Counted from the stretch's first letter, positions 9,495 to 19,060 are shown. The stretch is DNA of 62,968 nt from Mycobacteriales bacterium (GCA_038232055.1 JBBSIN010000005.1:1-62968); one strand, 5' to 3'. Program-made: numbers and translations. Notes: generated from the sequence alone by a model not told the origin.

Positions 9495-10223
9495 GTGGTG
9501 TTCCACAAGCGCGGCCTCGAGAGCCAGGGCGACACGCCAGGGGGAAAGCAGGAGCGCTTCCCCGGGTACGACGTGCTGGGCGAGGTGAGGACGTGGGACG
9601 CGGTCACCGCGGGCGTCGTCCTGGGTCGCCTCGGCATGCCGGCAGCCCTGCGCTACTTCACGGTAGGCGAGCAGGCGGCCGGGACGGCGCTGTTCGACCA
9701 GCTGCTCGACCAGCGGGCGGCGCCGCGCGTACCCGTCCTCGAGCTCATCGACGCCCGGCTGGCCGAGGACCAGACCGACGGCTGGCGCTACCAGGACATG
9801 CCGCCGGACGGCGAGGGGTTCCGGCGCAGCTTCGCCGGCCTCGACGACGACGCGCGCGGCGCGTATGGCCGCCGCTTCAGCGAGCTGGAGTGGGACGCCC
9901 AGGCCGATGTCGTCCAGCGGGTCCACGACGTGGGGGCACGCGACTGGCACGGTATGAACGCGACGCACATCTGGTCGCTCTGGACGCGCTACGCCTGCTC
10001 GGCGTTCTACAGCCACCCCTGGGCGTGGAACGAGATCGGGTTCGGCGGGCCGGCGTATCCCCGCGGATACAAGAACCTCGGGCTGGACTCCCGCGAGCCG
10101 TACGAGGTGGCGGACCGGACGAACCGTAGCCCCACCGGATGGGGCGACCGGGTCGAGGCGGCGCGTCGCCAGCACGCCGGCGCGGCCCGCTCCGCCGCCG
10201 AGCGGAAAGAGCCCGGCGCGTGA
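9495..10223 (+). CDS. Gluconate 2-dehydrogenase subunit 3 family protein
   Basis: C-terminal FYSHPWAWNEIGFGGPAYPRGY signature. Precedes a GMC flavoprotein. Confidence 0.8.
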   Translation: MVFHKRGLESQGDTPGGKQERFPGYDVLGEVRTWDAVTAGVVLGRLGMPAALRYFTVGEQAAGTALFDQLLDQRAAPRVPVLELIDARLAEDQTDGWRYQDMPPDGEGFRRSFAGLDDDARGAYGRRFSELEWDAQADVVQRVHDVGARDWHGMNATHIWSLWTRYACSAFYSHPWAWNEIGFGGPAYPRGYKNLGLDSREPYEVADRTNRSPTGWGDRVEAARRQHAGAARSAAERKEPGA

Positions 10224-11905
10224 GGCTGCCCACGAGGAAGATGTTCGACGACGTACGGCAGCGCAACGAGTCGGCGTGGCTGCTGCCGAACGACGGCAGC
10301 CGAACCAACTACGAGCTGCGCCGCAACATGCAGCGCTTCGACGACAGCGACGAGGTGGACCTGGTCATCGTCGGCTGCGGTGCCGGCGGTGGCGTCCTGC
10401 TGCAACGGCTCGCCCGCGCCGGCTGGAAGGTCGTCGCCCTCGACGCCGGGCCGTTCTGGGACCCTGATACCGACTGGGTGAGCGACGAGTTGGGCTCGCA
10501 CCACCTCTACTGGACCGAGCCGCGCGTCATCTCCGGCAGCGATCCGGTCCCGCTCGGGTCGAACAACTCCGGCCGAGGCGTCGGTGGCTCGATGGTCCAC
10601 TACGCCGGTTACACCCCTCGTTTCCATCCGAGCGACTTCTCGATGCACAGCGACGACGGAGTGGGCGCCGACTGGCCGATCTCCTACCCGACCCTTCGGC
10701 CGTACTACGAGATGATCGAGTCGGAGCTACCGGTCGCCGGCGAGCACTGGCCCTGGGGCGACCCGCACGACTATCCGATGTCGCCGCATCCGATCGGCGG
10801 TGGCGGCATGGTGTTCCAGCGTGGCTGCGTCGCCGCCGGGATCGACGTCCGGGTCGGCCCGGTCGCGATCACGAACGGGCGCTTCGGTAACCGCCCACAC
10901 TGCATCTACCGAGGTTTCTGCGTCCAGGGCTGCAAGGTCAACGCCAAGGCGTCCCCGTTGATCACGCACGTCCCGGACGCCCTGGCGCACGGTGCCGAGG
11001 TGCGCGCGGACGCGATGGTGACGCGAGTGGTCGTCGACGACGACAGCGGCCTGGCGACCGGCGTCCGCTACCTGCGGGGCGGCGTCGAGCGGTTCCAGCG
11101 GGCGCGGATGGTCGCGGTGGCCGGCTACTCGATCGAGACCCCCCGGCTGCTGCTCAACTCGGCGACCAGGAGATGGCCGGACGGCCTCTGCAACGACGCC
11201 GATCTCGTCGGCAGGTACCTCATGGTGCAAGGCGCACCGCAGACGGCAGGCCGGTTCGCCGAGGAGGTCCGCGCGTACAAGGCGCCGCCCCCCGAGGTCT
11301 CCACCGAGGCGTTCTACGAGACCGATCCCGGCAAGCCGTACAAGCGCGGCTTCTCGATCCAATGCGTATCGCCGCTGCCGATCACCTACGCCGAGCACGT
11401 CACTGCCCAGGGGCACTGGGGACCGGTGCTGCGGGAGTACATGCGCGACTACGTGCACTGGGCGACGTTCGGCGCGCTGTGCGAGTTCCTGCCGCTGCCC
11501 GGCAACCGGGTGACCCTCGCCGACGAGACCGACCGATACGGGTTGCCGGTGGCGAACTTCTCCTACAGCCAGTGCGACAACGACCGGGCGCTCATGGCGG
11601 CGGCGCAGGCGGTGATGGAGCGCATTTTCGAGGCGGCCGGCGCGGAGGAAACCATCACGATCAAGAGGTTCGCGCACCTCGTCGGCGGCTGCCGCATGGG
11701 CACCGACGCCACCTCGGGCGTCGTGGACGAGTCGTTGCGGAGCTTCGCGATTCCCAACCTCAACATCACCGACGGGTCGGTCCTGCCGACGCAGGGCTCG
11801 GCCAATCCGGCGCTGACCATCATGTCGCTCGCGGCCCGGGCCGCTGACCTGCTGCGCGACGGCGCCCGCACCGGCTCGCCCGCCGCGACGGCCCGCAGCC
11901 GATGA
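10220..11905 (+). CDS. GMC family oxidoreductase (FAD)
   Basis: VIVGCGAGGG dinucleotide motif, GRGVGGS, CIYRGFCVQGC cysteine cluster, AHLVGGCRMG, ANPALTIM. Confidence 0.93.
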   Translation: MRLPTRKMFDDVRQRNESAWLLPNDGSRTNYELRRNMQRFDDSDEVDLVIVGCGAGGGVLLQRLARAGWKVVALDAGPFWDPDTDWVSDELGSHHLYWTEPRVISGSDPVPLGSNNSGRGVGGSMVHYAGYTPRFHPSDFSMHSDDGVGADWPISYPTLRPYYEMIESELPVAGEHWPWGDPHDYPMSPHPIGGGGMVFQRGCVAAGIDVRVGPVAITNGRFGNRPHCIYRGFCVQGCKVNAKASPLITHVPDALAHGAEVRADAMVTRVVVDDDSGLATGVRYLRGGVERFQRARMVAVAGYSIETPRLLLNSATRRWPDGLCNDADLVGRYLMVQGAPQTAGRFAEEVRAYKAPPPEVSTEAFYETDPGKPYKRGFSIQCVSPLPITYAEHVTAQGHWGPVLREYMRDYVHWATFGALCEFLPLPGNRVTLADETDRYGLPVANFSYSQCDNDRALMAAAQAVMERIFEAAGAEETITIKRFAHLVGGCRMGTDATSGVVDESLRSFAIPNLNITDGSVLPTQGSANPALTIMSLAARAADLLRDGARTGSPAATARSR

Positions 11906-13014
11906 CGACGGCAGCGGACGCCGCGATCGAGTCGCTCGACGTTTCGGCCTACACCGTGCCGACCGACGCGCCGGAAGCCGACGGTACGGCGACGTGGGAC
12001 TCGACCACGCTCGTCGTCGTCGAGCCGGTCGCGGCCGGGGTGCGGGGGCTCGGCTGGTCCTACACCGGCGCGGCAGCGGCGGACGTCGTCAGCGGCGCGC
12101 TCGCGCAGGAGGTGCTCGGGCGGCCAGCGCTCGACGTGCCTGGTGCCGCGATGGCGATGGCCAGGGCGGTGCGCAACCTCGGCCGGTCCGGTCTCGTCGC
12201 GACGGCGATCTCCGCGGTCGACATCGCGCTGTGGGACCTCAAGGCGAAGCTGCTCGAGCTGCCGCTGTGCCGGCTGCTCGGCCAGGCGCACGAGCAGGTC
12301 GCGGTCTACGGCAGTGGCGGCTTCACGACCTACGACGGGAAGCAGACCCGGGATCAGCTCTCGCACTGGGTGCACGAGCAGGGCATCCCGCGCGTCAAGA
12401 TCAAAATCGGCGAGGCGCGAGGGTCGGCCGAGTACCGCGACGTCTCGCGGATCGCCCTCGCCAGGGAGGTCATCGGCAGTGCCGCGGAGCTCTACGTCGA
12501 CGCGAACGGCGGCTACTCGCGCGGACAGGCAGTCCGGATGGCGAGCCGGTTCGCCCCGTACGACGTCAGCTGGTTCGAGGAGCCGGTGTCGAGCGACGAC
12601 CTGCGGGGCCTGGCGTCGATCCGCGGCGAGGTACTACCCGACGTAGCGGCGGGGGAGTACGGCTACGACCTCGGCTACTTCGAGCGGATGTGCGGTGCGC
12701 AGGCGGTCGACTGCCTGCAGGTCGACCTCACCCGCTGTGGCGGCGTGACCGAATGGCTGCGGGCGGCCGCGGTGGCCGCCGGTCACCACCTGCAGGTGTC
12801 AGCGCACTGTGCACCGAACCTGCACGCGCACGTCGCGGCGGCGGTGCCGAACATCCGGCACCTGGAGTGGTTCCACGACCACGTCCGGATCGAGTCGATG
12901 CTCTTCACCGGTGCGCTCGACCCGGCCGGTGGCACCGTCACGCCGAACCAGGGTCGGTCGGGCCTCGGGCTGGCGCTGCGCCCGGTGGCAGCCGAGCAGT
13001 ACCGGGTGACCTGA
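11902..13014 (+). CDS. Enolase superfamily, mandelate racemase/muconate lactonizing subgroup enzyme
   Basis: AVDIALWDLKAK, KIK motif, metal ligands in DAN, WFEEP and AGE. Confidence 0.92.
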   Translation: MTTAADAAIESLDVSAYTVPTDAPEADGTATWDSTTLVVVEPVAAGVRGLGWSYTGAAAADVVSGALAQEVLGRPALDVPGAAMAMARAVRNLGRSGLVATAISAVDIALWDLKAKLLELPLCRLLGQAHEQVAVYGSGGFTTYDGKQTRDQLSHWVHEQGIPRVKIKIGEARGSAEYRDVSRIALAREVIGSAAELYVDANGGYSRGQAVRMASRFAPYDVSWFEEPVSSDDLRGLASIRGEVLPDVAAGEYGYDLGYFERMCGAQAVDCLQVDLTRCGGVTEWLRAAAVAAGHHLQVSAHCAPNLHAHVAAAVPNIRHLEWFHDHVRIESMLFTGALDPAGGTVTPNQGRSGLGLALRPVAAEQYRVT

Positions 13015-13019
13015 GCGTC

Positions 13020-13042
13020 GCGGGGCCGGTCAGCGGCCCCGC
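13020..13042. terminator. GC-rich hairpin between convergent genes
   Basis: GCGGGGCCG-gtcag-CGGCCCCGC, overlapping the VKOR stop. No U-tract. Confidence 0.5.
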
Positions 13043-13608
13043 AGCGATCGCCAGGCGGCGCGCGCCTCGGGCAGCACCAACGGCACCGCCGCCACGTTGA
13101 GCAGCGCCGCCACGGTGCAATAGGAGCAGAACCTGCGGTGCTTGCTCGCCTGCTCGGCGAACAGGTACAGGCCGCCCACCGCGTCGGCGGCCACCTTTGC
13201 GGCGAACAGCAGCGGCAGCACCGGTCGGGTGCGCCAGCGCTCGCCGTCGCCCATCCCCGCCAACGCCAGTGTCGCGCCGGCGCTGAGAATGCCGATGGAG
13301 CTGTCCGGCGTACGCAGCAGCTCGTAGGCCTCACCGCTCGCGTCGACCACGTCCGCCCCTAGGAAAGACAGCGGCGGCTCCGGCAGGTGGCGTACGACGC
13401 CGAACTGGTAGAGCCCCACGGCGCCCAGCGCAGCGGCGGCGCCCGTGGTCAACCCGGCGATCCGCCGGCGGTTGTCGAGGAAGGTTCCGCTGCCGCGGCG
13501 CAACGCGTCACTGACCTGTTCGGCGGCGGGAGAGGACGGGCGGCCAACGCCGCGATGCGTCGGTCGCGCGGCCGCAGCGGGCGGCCCCGCCGGTCGTCGT
13601 CGAGTCAT
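13030..13608 (-). CDS. Vitamin K epoxide reductase (VKOR) family protein, CxxC only
   Basis: TM helices and C-terminal FCSYC. ADVVDAS sits where CxxVxxS is expected. Start uncertain. Confidence 0.8.
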   Translation of the reverse strand: MTRRRPAGPPAAAARPTHRGVGRPSSPAAEQVSDALRRGSGTFLDNRRRIAGLTTGAAAALGAVGLYQFGVVRHLPEPPLSFLGADVVDASGEAYELLRTPDSSIGILSAGATLALAGMGDGERWRTRPVLPLLFAAKVAADAVGGLYLFAEQASKHRRFCSYCTVAALLNVAAVPLVLPEARAAWRSLRGR

Positions 13609-13728
13609 CCGCTTCGCCCTTCCATGGACCGGGTCGGCTCGTGCCGACCTTCGGCGTACCCGCCCGACGACCGCGTCGTCGCCCTGACACACTCGCACCT
13701 GATCGGGTCGGGACGGAAGGATGCAGGC

Positions 13729-15012
13729 ATGGTGGACTACCAGCTCGAGTACCCGAATGGCACGCTGCCGCTGCCCGCGAGTACGGCGACGGAGGGCCCA
13801 TCGGGGCTCGACATCAAGCAGCTGCTGAGCGAAACCGGGTCCGTCACGCTCGACACCGGCTTCATGAACACCGCGTCGTGCACCTCTGCGATCACCTACA
13901 TCGACGGCGACGCCGGCATCCTGCGCTACCGCGGGTACCCGATCGACGACCTCGCCGAGCACTCCTCCTTCCTCGAGGTGTCCTACCTGCTGATCTACGG
14001 CGAGCTGCCGACGTCGAGCGAGTTGGAAAGTTTCACCGCCCATGTCAGCTCGCACACCATGCTGCACGAGGACCTCAAAGAGTTCTTCGCCGGCTTCCCC
14101 CGTGACGCGCACCCCATGGCAGTGCTCTCCTCCGCGGTTAGCGCCCTGTCGACCTTTTATCAGGACGGCCTGAACCCCTTCGACATGGAGCAGGTGGAGA
14201 CGTCCACGGCGCGGCTGCTGGCCAAGCTCCCGACGATCGCGGCGTACGCCTACAAGAAGTCGATCGGCCAGCCGTTCCTCTATCCCGACAACGCGCTGAA
14301 CTACGTCGAGAACTTCCTCCGCATGACGTTCGGAGTTCCGGCCCAGCCGTACGAGGTCGACCCGGTCGTTGCAGGAGTGCTCGACCTGCTCTTCATCCTG
14401 CATGCGGACCACGAGCAGAACTGCTCGACGTCGACTGTCCGCCTCGTCGGCTCGAGCCAGGCCAACCTCTTCGCCTCCGTCTCGGCCGGCGTCAACGCCC
14501 TGTTCGGCCCGCTGCACGGGGGTGCCAACCAGGCCGTGCTCGAGATGCTCGACCGCATCTCGGCCGACGGCGGCGACGTCGACGCGTTCGTTCGGCGGGT
14601 GAAGGACAAGGAGCCCGGCGTGAAGCTGATGGGCTTCGGCCACCGCGTCTACAAGAACTACGACCCGCGCGCGGCGATCGTGAAGAAGGCGACGCGCGAC
14701 GTACTCGATCGCCTCGGTAGGCCAGACCCGCTGCTCGACATCGCGGTCAAGCTCGAGGAGGTCGCCCTCGCCGACGATTACTTCGTCGAGCGCAAGCTCT
14801 ACCCCAACGTGGACTTCTACACCGGCGTGATCTACAAGGCCATGGGCTTCCCCACCAGGATGTTCACCGTGCTGTTTGCCCTCGGCCGGTTGCCCGGTTG
14901 GATCGCCCAGTGGCGCGAGATGATCGCCGATCCGGCCACCAAGATCGGCCGGCCGCGCCAGGTGTATGTCGGTGCGGGCGAGCGGCGCCACGTCCCTATC
15001 GAGAAGCGCTGA
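13729..15012 (+). CDS. gltA: Citrate synthase (type II)
   Basis: DGDAGILRYRGY, HADHEQNCST, GPLHGGAN, GFGHRVYKNYDPR, YPNVDFYTG. Confidence 0.97.
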   Translation: MVDYQLEYPNGTLPLPASTATEGPSGLDIKQLLSETGSVTLDTGFMNTASCTSAITYIDGDAGILRYRGYPIDDLAEHSSFLEVSYLLIYGELPTSSELESFTAHVSSHTMLHEDLKEFFAGFPRDAHPMAVLSSAVSALSTFYQDGLNPFDMEQVETSTARLLAKLPTIAAYAYKKSIGQPFLYPDNALNYVENFLRMTFGVPAQPYEVDPVVAGVLDLLFILHADHEQNCSTSTVRLVGSSQANLFASVSAGVNALFGPLHGGANQAVLEMLDRISADGGDVDAFVRRVKDKEPGVKLMGFGHRVYKNYDPRAAIVKKATRDVLDRLGRPDPLLDIAVKLEEVALADDYFVERKLYPNVDFYTGVIYKAMGFPTRMFTVLFALGRLPGWIAQWREMIADPATKIGRPRQVYVGAGERRHVPIEKR

Positions 15013-15098
15013 CCCGACGCTGGCGCGCCCGTACGCGGGCTTCGCTGCACGCCGCCTAGCATGGAAGGCCGGCGGGAGATGTCCAGGCGGGAGCGGTT

Positions 15099-16136
15099 GT
15101 GAGCGACAGCGCGGCAGTACCGACCAAGCAGCGCGATCCCTGGACGCGCCCCTTCACGGGCTTCTACCGCCCGACCGAAGGCGGGGTCTCGACCCTCGGC
15201 CCCGTCACCCGCTTTCTCTACGCCGCACGCAGCGTCATCCTGGTTATCTCGGCGCAGGCGGCAATCATCGCGGCGTTGCTCGCCATCACCGATCGTTCCT
15301 TCGACCCAGTGGCGTTCGTCCTGGTCTTTATCGGGCTCGTCGTCGCGCACGCGATCAGCAATCTCAGCAATGACTATTTCGGGCACCGGCGCGGCCACGA
15401 CACGGAAGACTCACCCCGGCTGCGCTACACCGTGCACCCCATCGCCAACGGTGGCCTCGACGCCCGGACCCTGCTCACCGGGCTCGGCATCCTGTGCGCG
15501 GTCGGTGTTGCGATCGCGGTCTACTTCGCCCTCACCGCCGGCCCATGGGCGCTGTTCTTCATCGGCGCGGGCGTCGTGCTGCTGTTCCTGTACGACGCCG
15601 CGCCCATCACGCTGAAGAGCATCGGTCTCGGTGAGATCGCGTCGTTCCTCGTCTGGGGCCCGCTCATGGTCGCCGGCGGCTACTACGTGATGAGCGACGA
15701 CCGGCTCTCCGGCTCAGTCTTTCTCGCGTCGGTGCCCTACGGGCTCGGCGTCATGTCCATCCTCGTCGGCAAACACATCGACCAGCGGGAGTTCGACTCG
15801 GCGCACGGCCAGCGGACGCTACCGGTTCTGCTCGGCGAGGCGACGGCCCGGCAGCTCGATCGCATCGCGGTCGTGGGCATGTACGTCGTCGTCGCCGTCG
15901 GGATCCTGCTCGGCTGGCTCACGCCGTTCGCGCTGCTGGTGCTGCTCGCCGCCCCGCGGGGGCTGCGCGCCGTTTCCGTGATGGCGCGGCCCAGTCCGGC
16001 CCAACCGCCGGCCGGCTACGTCGGCTGGCCGCTGTGGTACCACCGGGTCTGCCTGGTGCACAACCGGCTCTTCGGCTGGACCTACATCGGCGGGCTGGCA
16101 CTCGGTGCGATCTTCCCGGGCCTCCGCCTGCGGTAG
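15099..16136 (+). CDS. UbiA/MenA-family prenyltransferase
   Basis: Multi-TM. NLSNDYFGHRRGHD and KHIDQREFD...GQRTL align to the MenA acidic motifs, with substitutions. Confidence 0.8.
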   Translation: MSDSAAVPTKQRDPWTRPFTGFYRPTEGGVSTLGPVTRFLYAARSVILVISAQAAIIAALLAITDRSFDPVAFVLVFIGLVVAHAISNLSNDYFGHRRGHDTEDSPRLRYTVHPIANGGLDARTLLTGLGILCAVGVAIAVYFALTAGPWALFFIGAGVVLLFLYDAAPITLKSIGLGEIASFLVWGPLMVAGGYYVMSDDRLSGSVFLASVPYGLGVMSILVGKHIDQREFDSAHGQRTLPVLLGEATARQLDRIAVVGMYVVVAVGILLGWLTPFALLVLLAAPRGLRAVSVMARPSPAQPPAGYVGWPLWYHRVCLVHNRLFGWTYIGGLALGAIFPGLRLR

Positions 16137-16164
16137 GCCGGTCCTCCGCCTGCGGTCAGGGCGG

Positions 16165-16668
16165 TCAGCCGATGGACACCACGGTGACGTGCCGGCGCCC
16201 TCGGGGCGAGTCGTAGCTCACGCTGTCACCGCACTGCGCGCCGAGCAGCTGGCGGCCGAGCGGGCTGGTCGGGGTGACGACCGTCACGTCGTCCTCCTGC
16301 TCGTCCATGACGCCGACCCGGTAAGTCTCGGGAGCGACGTCGCCGTCGAAGCGCAACGCGACGGCGACGCCCATCTCCACCCGATCGCCGTCGATGCGAA
16401 CCGTCGGGATGTCCGCTGCCCGTAGGGTGTCCTCGAGCCGCTCGATGCGTACGTCGAGGTGGATCAGCTGGACGTCGCGCTCGGAGAACCAGGCCTGGTC
16501 GGCGGCGTCCCCTCGGGCGTCGGCGGACGCGCGGGCGAGCTCGCGGCGCTCGTGTTCGAGCATCTGCAGTTCCGTCTGCAGTCGGGTGATGGTCGCCGTG
16601 GAGAGCCGAAGCGGCTGTTCGGCACCACCTGTTGACGGTCGGACCGCGTACGCGCTGTCGATGGCCAT
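16165..16668 (-). CDS. GreA/GreB-family elongation factor-like protein
   Basis: N-terminal coiled coil; C-terminal VTPTSPLGRQLLGAQCGD. Tip reads GDAADQAWF. Confidence 0.8.
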   Translation of the reverse strand: MAIDSAYAVRPSTGGAEQPLRLSTATITRLQTELQMLEHERRELARASADARGDAADQAWFSERDVQLIHLDVRIERLEDTLRAADIPTVRIDGDRVEMGVAVALRFDGDVAPETYRVGVMDEQEDDVTVVTPTSPLGRQLLGAQCGDSVSYDSPRGRRHVTVVSIG

Positions 16669-16809
16669 GGCTCGTCCTCATTCGGTGTCCGGCTGTACCG
16701 GGCGTTGGAAGGATGAGCCTGCGCGCACTGTCTGAGACGGGACTGAGAGCCTGCTGTGCGGAGGCTAAGGCTTCCGGCGGTGACCCTCGCCTGGCTACGG
16801 CGACCCTTG

Positions 16810-17577
16810 TCAGGTGCCTATTCGCACGCCGGCCGACACGCCCCACCGCGCGGCCACGAGCCGCTTCACGCCGGTCGGAAAGTCGGCGCCCGCCGCACGA
16901 TGCCCTTCGTACAGTGCGCGTTGAGCGCCGGCATCGCCGTCGAACGCCGCGATGCATCGCTCGGGCTCGACGTTGGCGAGGGCGAGGATCGCACCGGCCG
17001 CGCCGAGTACGCCCGCCATCGTGACCAGCGCCGCCGACCCGACGTAGGTGTCTCCGTCGTACGACGTCAGGGCCCCGAGCAGCCGATCAGGATCGCCGGA
17101 GGAGTCCTTGACGCCGACGACCGGCAGGTCCGGCAGCGCCTCGACCGCGATGCCGGGGGGCGACACGGCAGGGTAGGAGTAGGCCAGGACGCCCAGCGGG
17201 CCGGCCGCCTTGGCCACCGCGTCGTAGTACGGGCGCGGATCGGCGACGCGGGCCGGCGCCAGCGCGAGGACCGCGTCGGCGCCGGCGTCGACCGCCGACG
17301 CGGTGCGGGCGGCGGCCAGGCGCCCGGTCGGTGCGCCGGTGCCGGCGATGACCGGCACGTCGTCGGGCACGGCGGCCCGCACGGCGCCGACGAGTTCGGC
17401 CCGCTCCGGTTCGGTGAGCGCGACCGCCTCGCCGGTCGTGCCGGCCACCACGACGGCGCGGACGCCCACCTCGACGAGGTGCGCGGCCAGCGCACCGGAG
17501 GCGGCGGCGTCGAGGTCGCCGTCGTCGGAGAAGACCGTGATGAGCGCGACGCCGACACCGGCAAAGAGCTGGGGCAT
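16810..17577 (-). CDS. Dihydrodipicolinate synthase (DapA/NanA) family aldolase
   Basis: AGTTGE, VIAGTG, YSYP, Schiff-base GVKDSSGD. Confidence 0.88.
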   Translation of the reverse strand: MPQLFAGVGVALITVFSDDGDLDAAASGALAAHLVEVGVRAVVVAGTTGEAVALTEPERAELVGAVRAAVPDDVPVIAGTGAPTGRLAAARTASAVDAGADAVLALAPARVADPRPYYDAVAKAAGPLGVLAYSYPAVSPPGIAVEALPDLPVVGVKDSSGDPDRLLGALTSYDGDTYVGSAALVTMAGVLGAAGAILALANVEPERCIAAFDGDAGAQRALYEGHRAAGADFPTGVKRLVAARWGVSAGVRIGT

Positions 17578-17652
17578 CCCGACGCCCTACCCCGATCCCG
17601 CCCCGCCTACTGATGCCGGCCACCGACCGCTGCCGGCCACCGACCGCTTAGT

Positions 17653-17732
17653 GATCTCCTTCGCGTGCCCCGTGGTGGCTTGTCGATCTTCGAATGGCAC
17701 TTTTCACCACAACGGCCCGAGCGAAGGAGATC
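17653..17732 (+). repeat. 80-bp GATC-bounded palindromic element, copy 2
   Basis: GATCTCCTTCGC 17653-17664; internal GATCTTC at offset 33; GCGAAGGAGATC 17721-17732. Confidence 0.9.
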
Positions 17733-17798
17733 GCAACCGGGCGCTATCCCCATCCGTTGGTGCTCGATTCCCATCCCTCGGCGCTTGGCCGGCGCAGA

Positions 17799-18212
17799 TC
17801 ACGCTCCGGTCGACCCAGCGCTCCAGCCGCTCCAGTGCTCGACCTCGACCACGACCACGGGGCCGGCCGGCGGCTCGTCGGCGTACTGCGGGTACCGCGC
17901 CTGCAGGAGGCGGACGGCCCGTTCATCGATGTCGCAGACGCTGGCGGTGCCGTCGGCGCGTGCCCACCACAGCTGTGACCAGTCCTCGCTCCACCCGTCG
18001 ACGAGCAGGCACGCCCGCGGCTCGTGGACGATGTTGTCCAGCCGTGCCAAGCGGCGAGTGCGCTTGGGTTTGGCGTCGATCGCGCTGACGATGCGGTCGC
18101 CGTCGAGCGCGAACGTCACCGGCACCAGGTGCGGCGCACCCGAGGAGCGCACGGTGGCGAGTCGAGCGACCCGCGCTGTCGCGAACCGTCGCCGCACCTC
18201 CGCCGGCGTCAC
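17799..18212 (-). CDS. PPOX-class F420-dependent oxidoreductase (TIGR03668-like)
   Basis: ARVARLAT...PHLVPVTFA...DAKPK...LWWARADG. GTG overlaps the LLM stop. Confidence 0.88.
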   Translation of the reverse strand: MTPAEVRRRFATARVARLATVRSSGAPHLVPVTFALDGDRIVSAIDAKPKRTRRLARLDNIVHEPRACLLVDGWSEDWSQLWWARADGTASVCDIDERAVRLLQARYPQYADEPPAGPVVVVEVEHWSGWSAGSTGA

Positions 18213-19051
18213 GGCGCGCCGGCGACCAGCTCGGCGTCGGTGTCGAGCTTTCGGAGTACGACGTCCCGGCCGGCGCTCGGCACGGTGAGCAGGCACCGGT
18301 CGATCCCGATCTCGGCGTACCGGTCGAGGTTCGCCCGATTTCTAGCCCCGCCAAAGAGTGTCACGGGGATCCGGCCGCGACCGGTCGCCGCCGCCCGGTC
18401 GCGGAGCTCGGCGATCCGCCGACCCACGGCGTCGAGGTCGTCGGCCTGGTTCGGCATCCATTCGTCGCCGAAGTCGAGCACCCGGTCGAGGACGGTGGGC
18501 CCGTTGCCGCCGACCAGCACCGGCGGGTGCGGCCGCTGCACCGGCTTCGGCCACGACCAGATGCGGTCGAAGTCGACGTACGTCCCATGGAACGATGCCT
18601 CGTCCTCGGTCCAGATCGCCCGCATCGCCTGCACCCGCTCCGCCATCAGGGCCATCCGCGTGGCGGGGTCCGTGCCGTGGTTGGCCATCTCCTCGCGGTT
18701 CCAGCCGGCCCCGACGCCGAAGAGCACCCGCCCGCTGGACACCAGGTCGAGGCTGGCCACCTCCTTCGCCGTGACGATCGGGTCGCGTTCGACGACCAGG
18801 CAGATTCCGGTGCCCAGCCGCAGATTCGAGGTCGCCGACGCGACCGCGCCGAGGGCCACGAAGGGGTCGAGTGTGTGCCAGTAGTACTCGGGCAGCTCTC
18901 CGCCGCCGGCGTACGGCGTACGCCGGCTCGCCGGGATGTGCGTGTGCTCGGGAAAGAACAGCGACTCGAACCCGCGCTGCTCGACCGCCTGCCCCAGCTC
19001 GACCACGCCGATGGCGGAGTCGGCCGGGAACATGATGACGCCGTACTCCAC
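18209..19051 (-). CDS. LLM-class F420-dependent oxidoreductase (TIGR03619-like)
   Basis: PEHTHIP, DPFVAL, RDPIVTAKEVASLD, GVGAGWNREE. Confidence 0.92.
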   Translation of the reverse strand: MEYGVIMFPADSAIGVVELGQAVEQRGFESLFFPEHTHIPASRRTPYAGGGELPEYYWHTLDPFVALGAVASATSNLRLGTGICLVVERDPIVTAKEVASLDLVSSGRVLFGVGAGWNREEMANHGTDPATRMALMAERVQAMRAIWTEDEASFHGTYVDFDRIWSWPKPVQRPHPPVLVGGNGPTVLDRVLDFGDEWMPNQADDLDAVGRRIAELRDRAAATGRGRIPVTLFGGARNRANLDRYAEIGIDRCLLTVPSAGRDVVLRKLDTDAELVAGAP

Positions 19052-19060
19052 GCTGCCTCC

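Noticed and set aside
13030-14991. 653-aa VKOR ORF; similarly extended 19061-21181, 22817-24121, 33595-35163 and 46492-49056
   Set aside because: The N-terminal extensions overlap real genes on other frames or strands; shorter internal starts, several with an RBS or -10 box, fit better.
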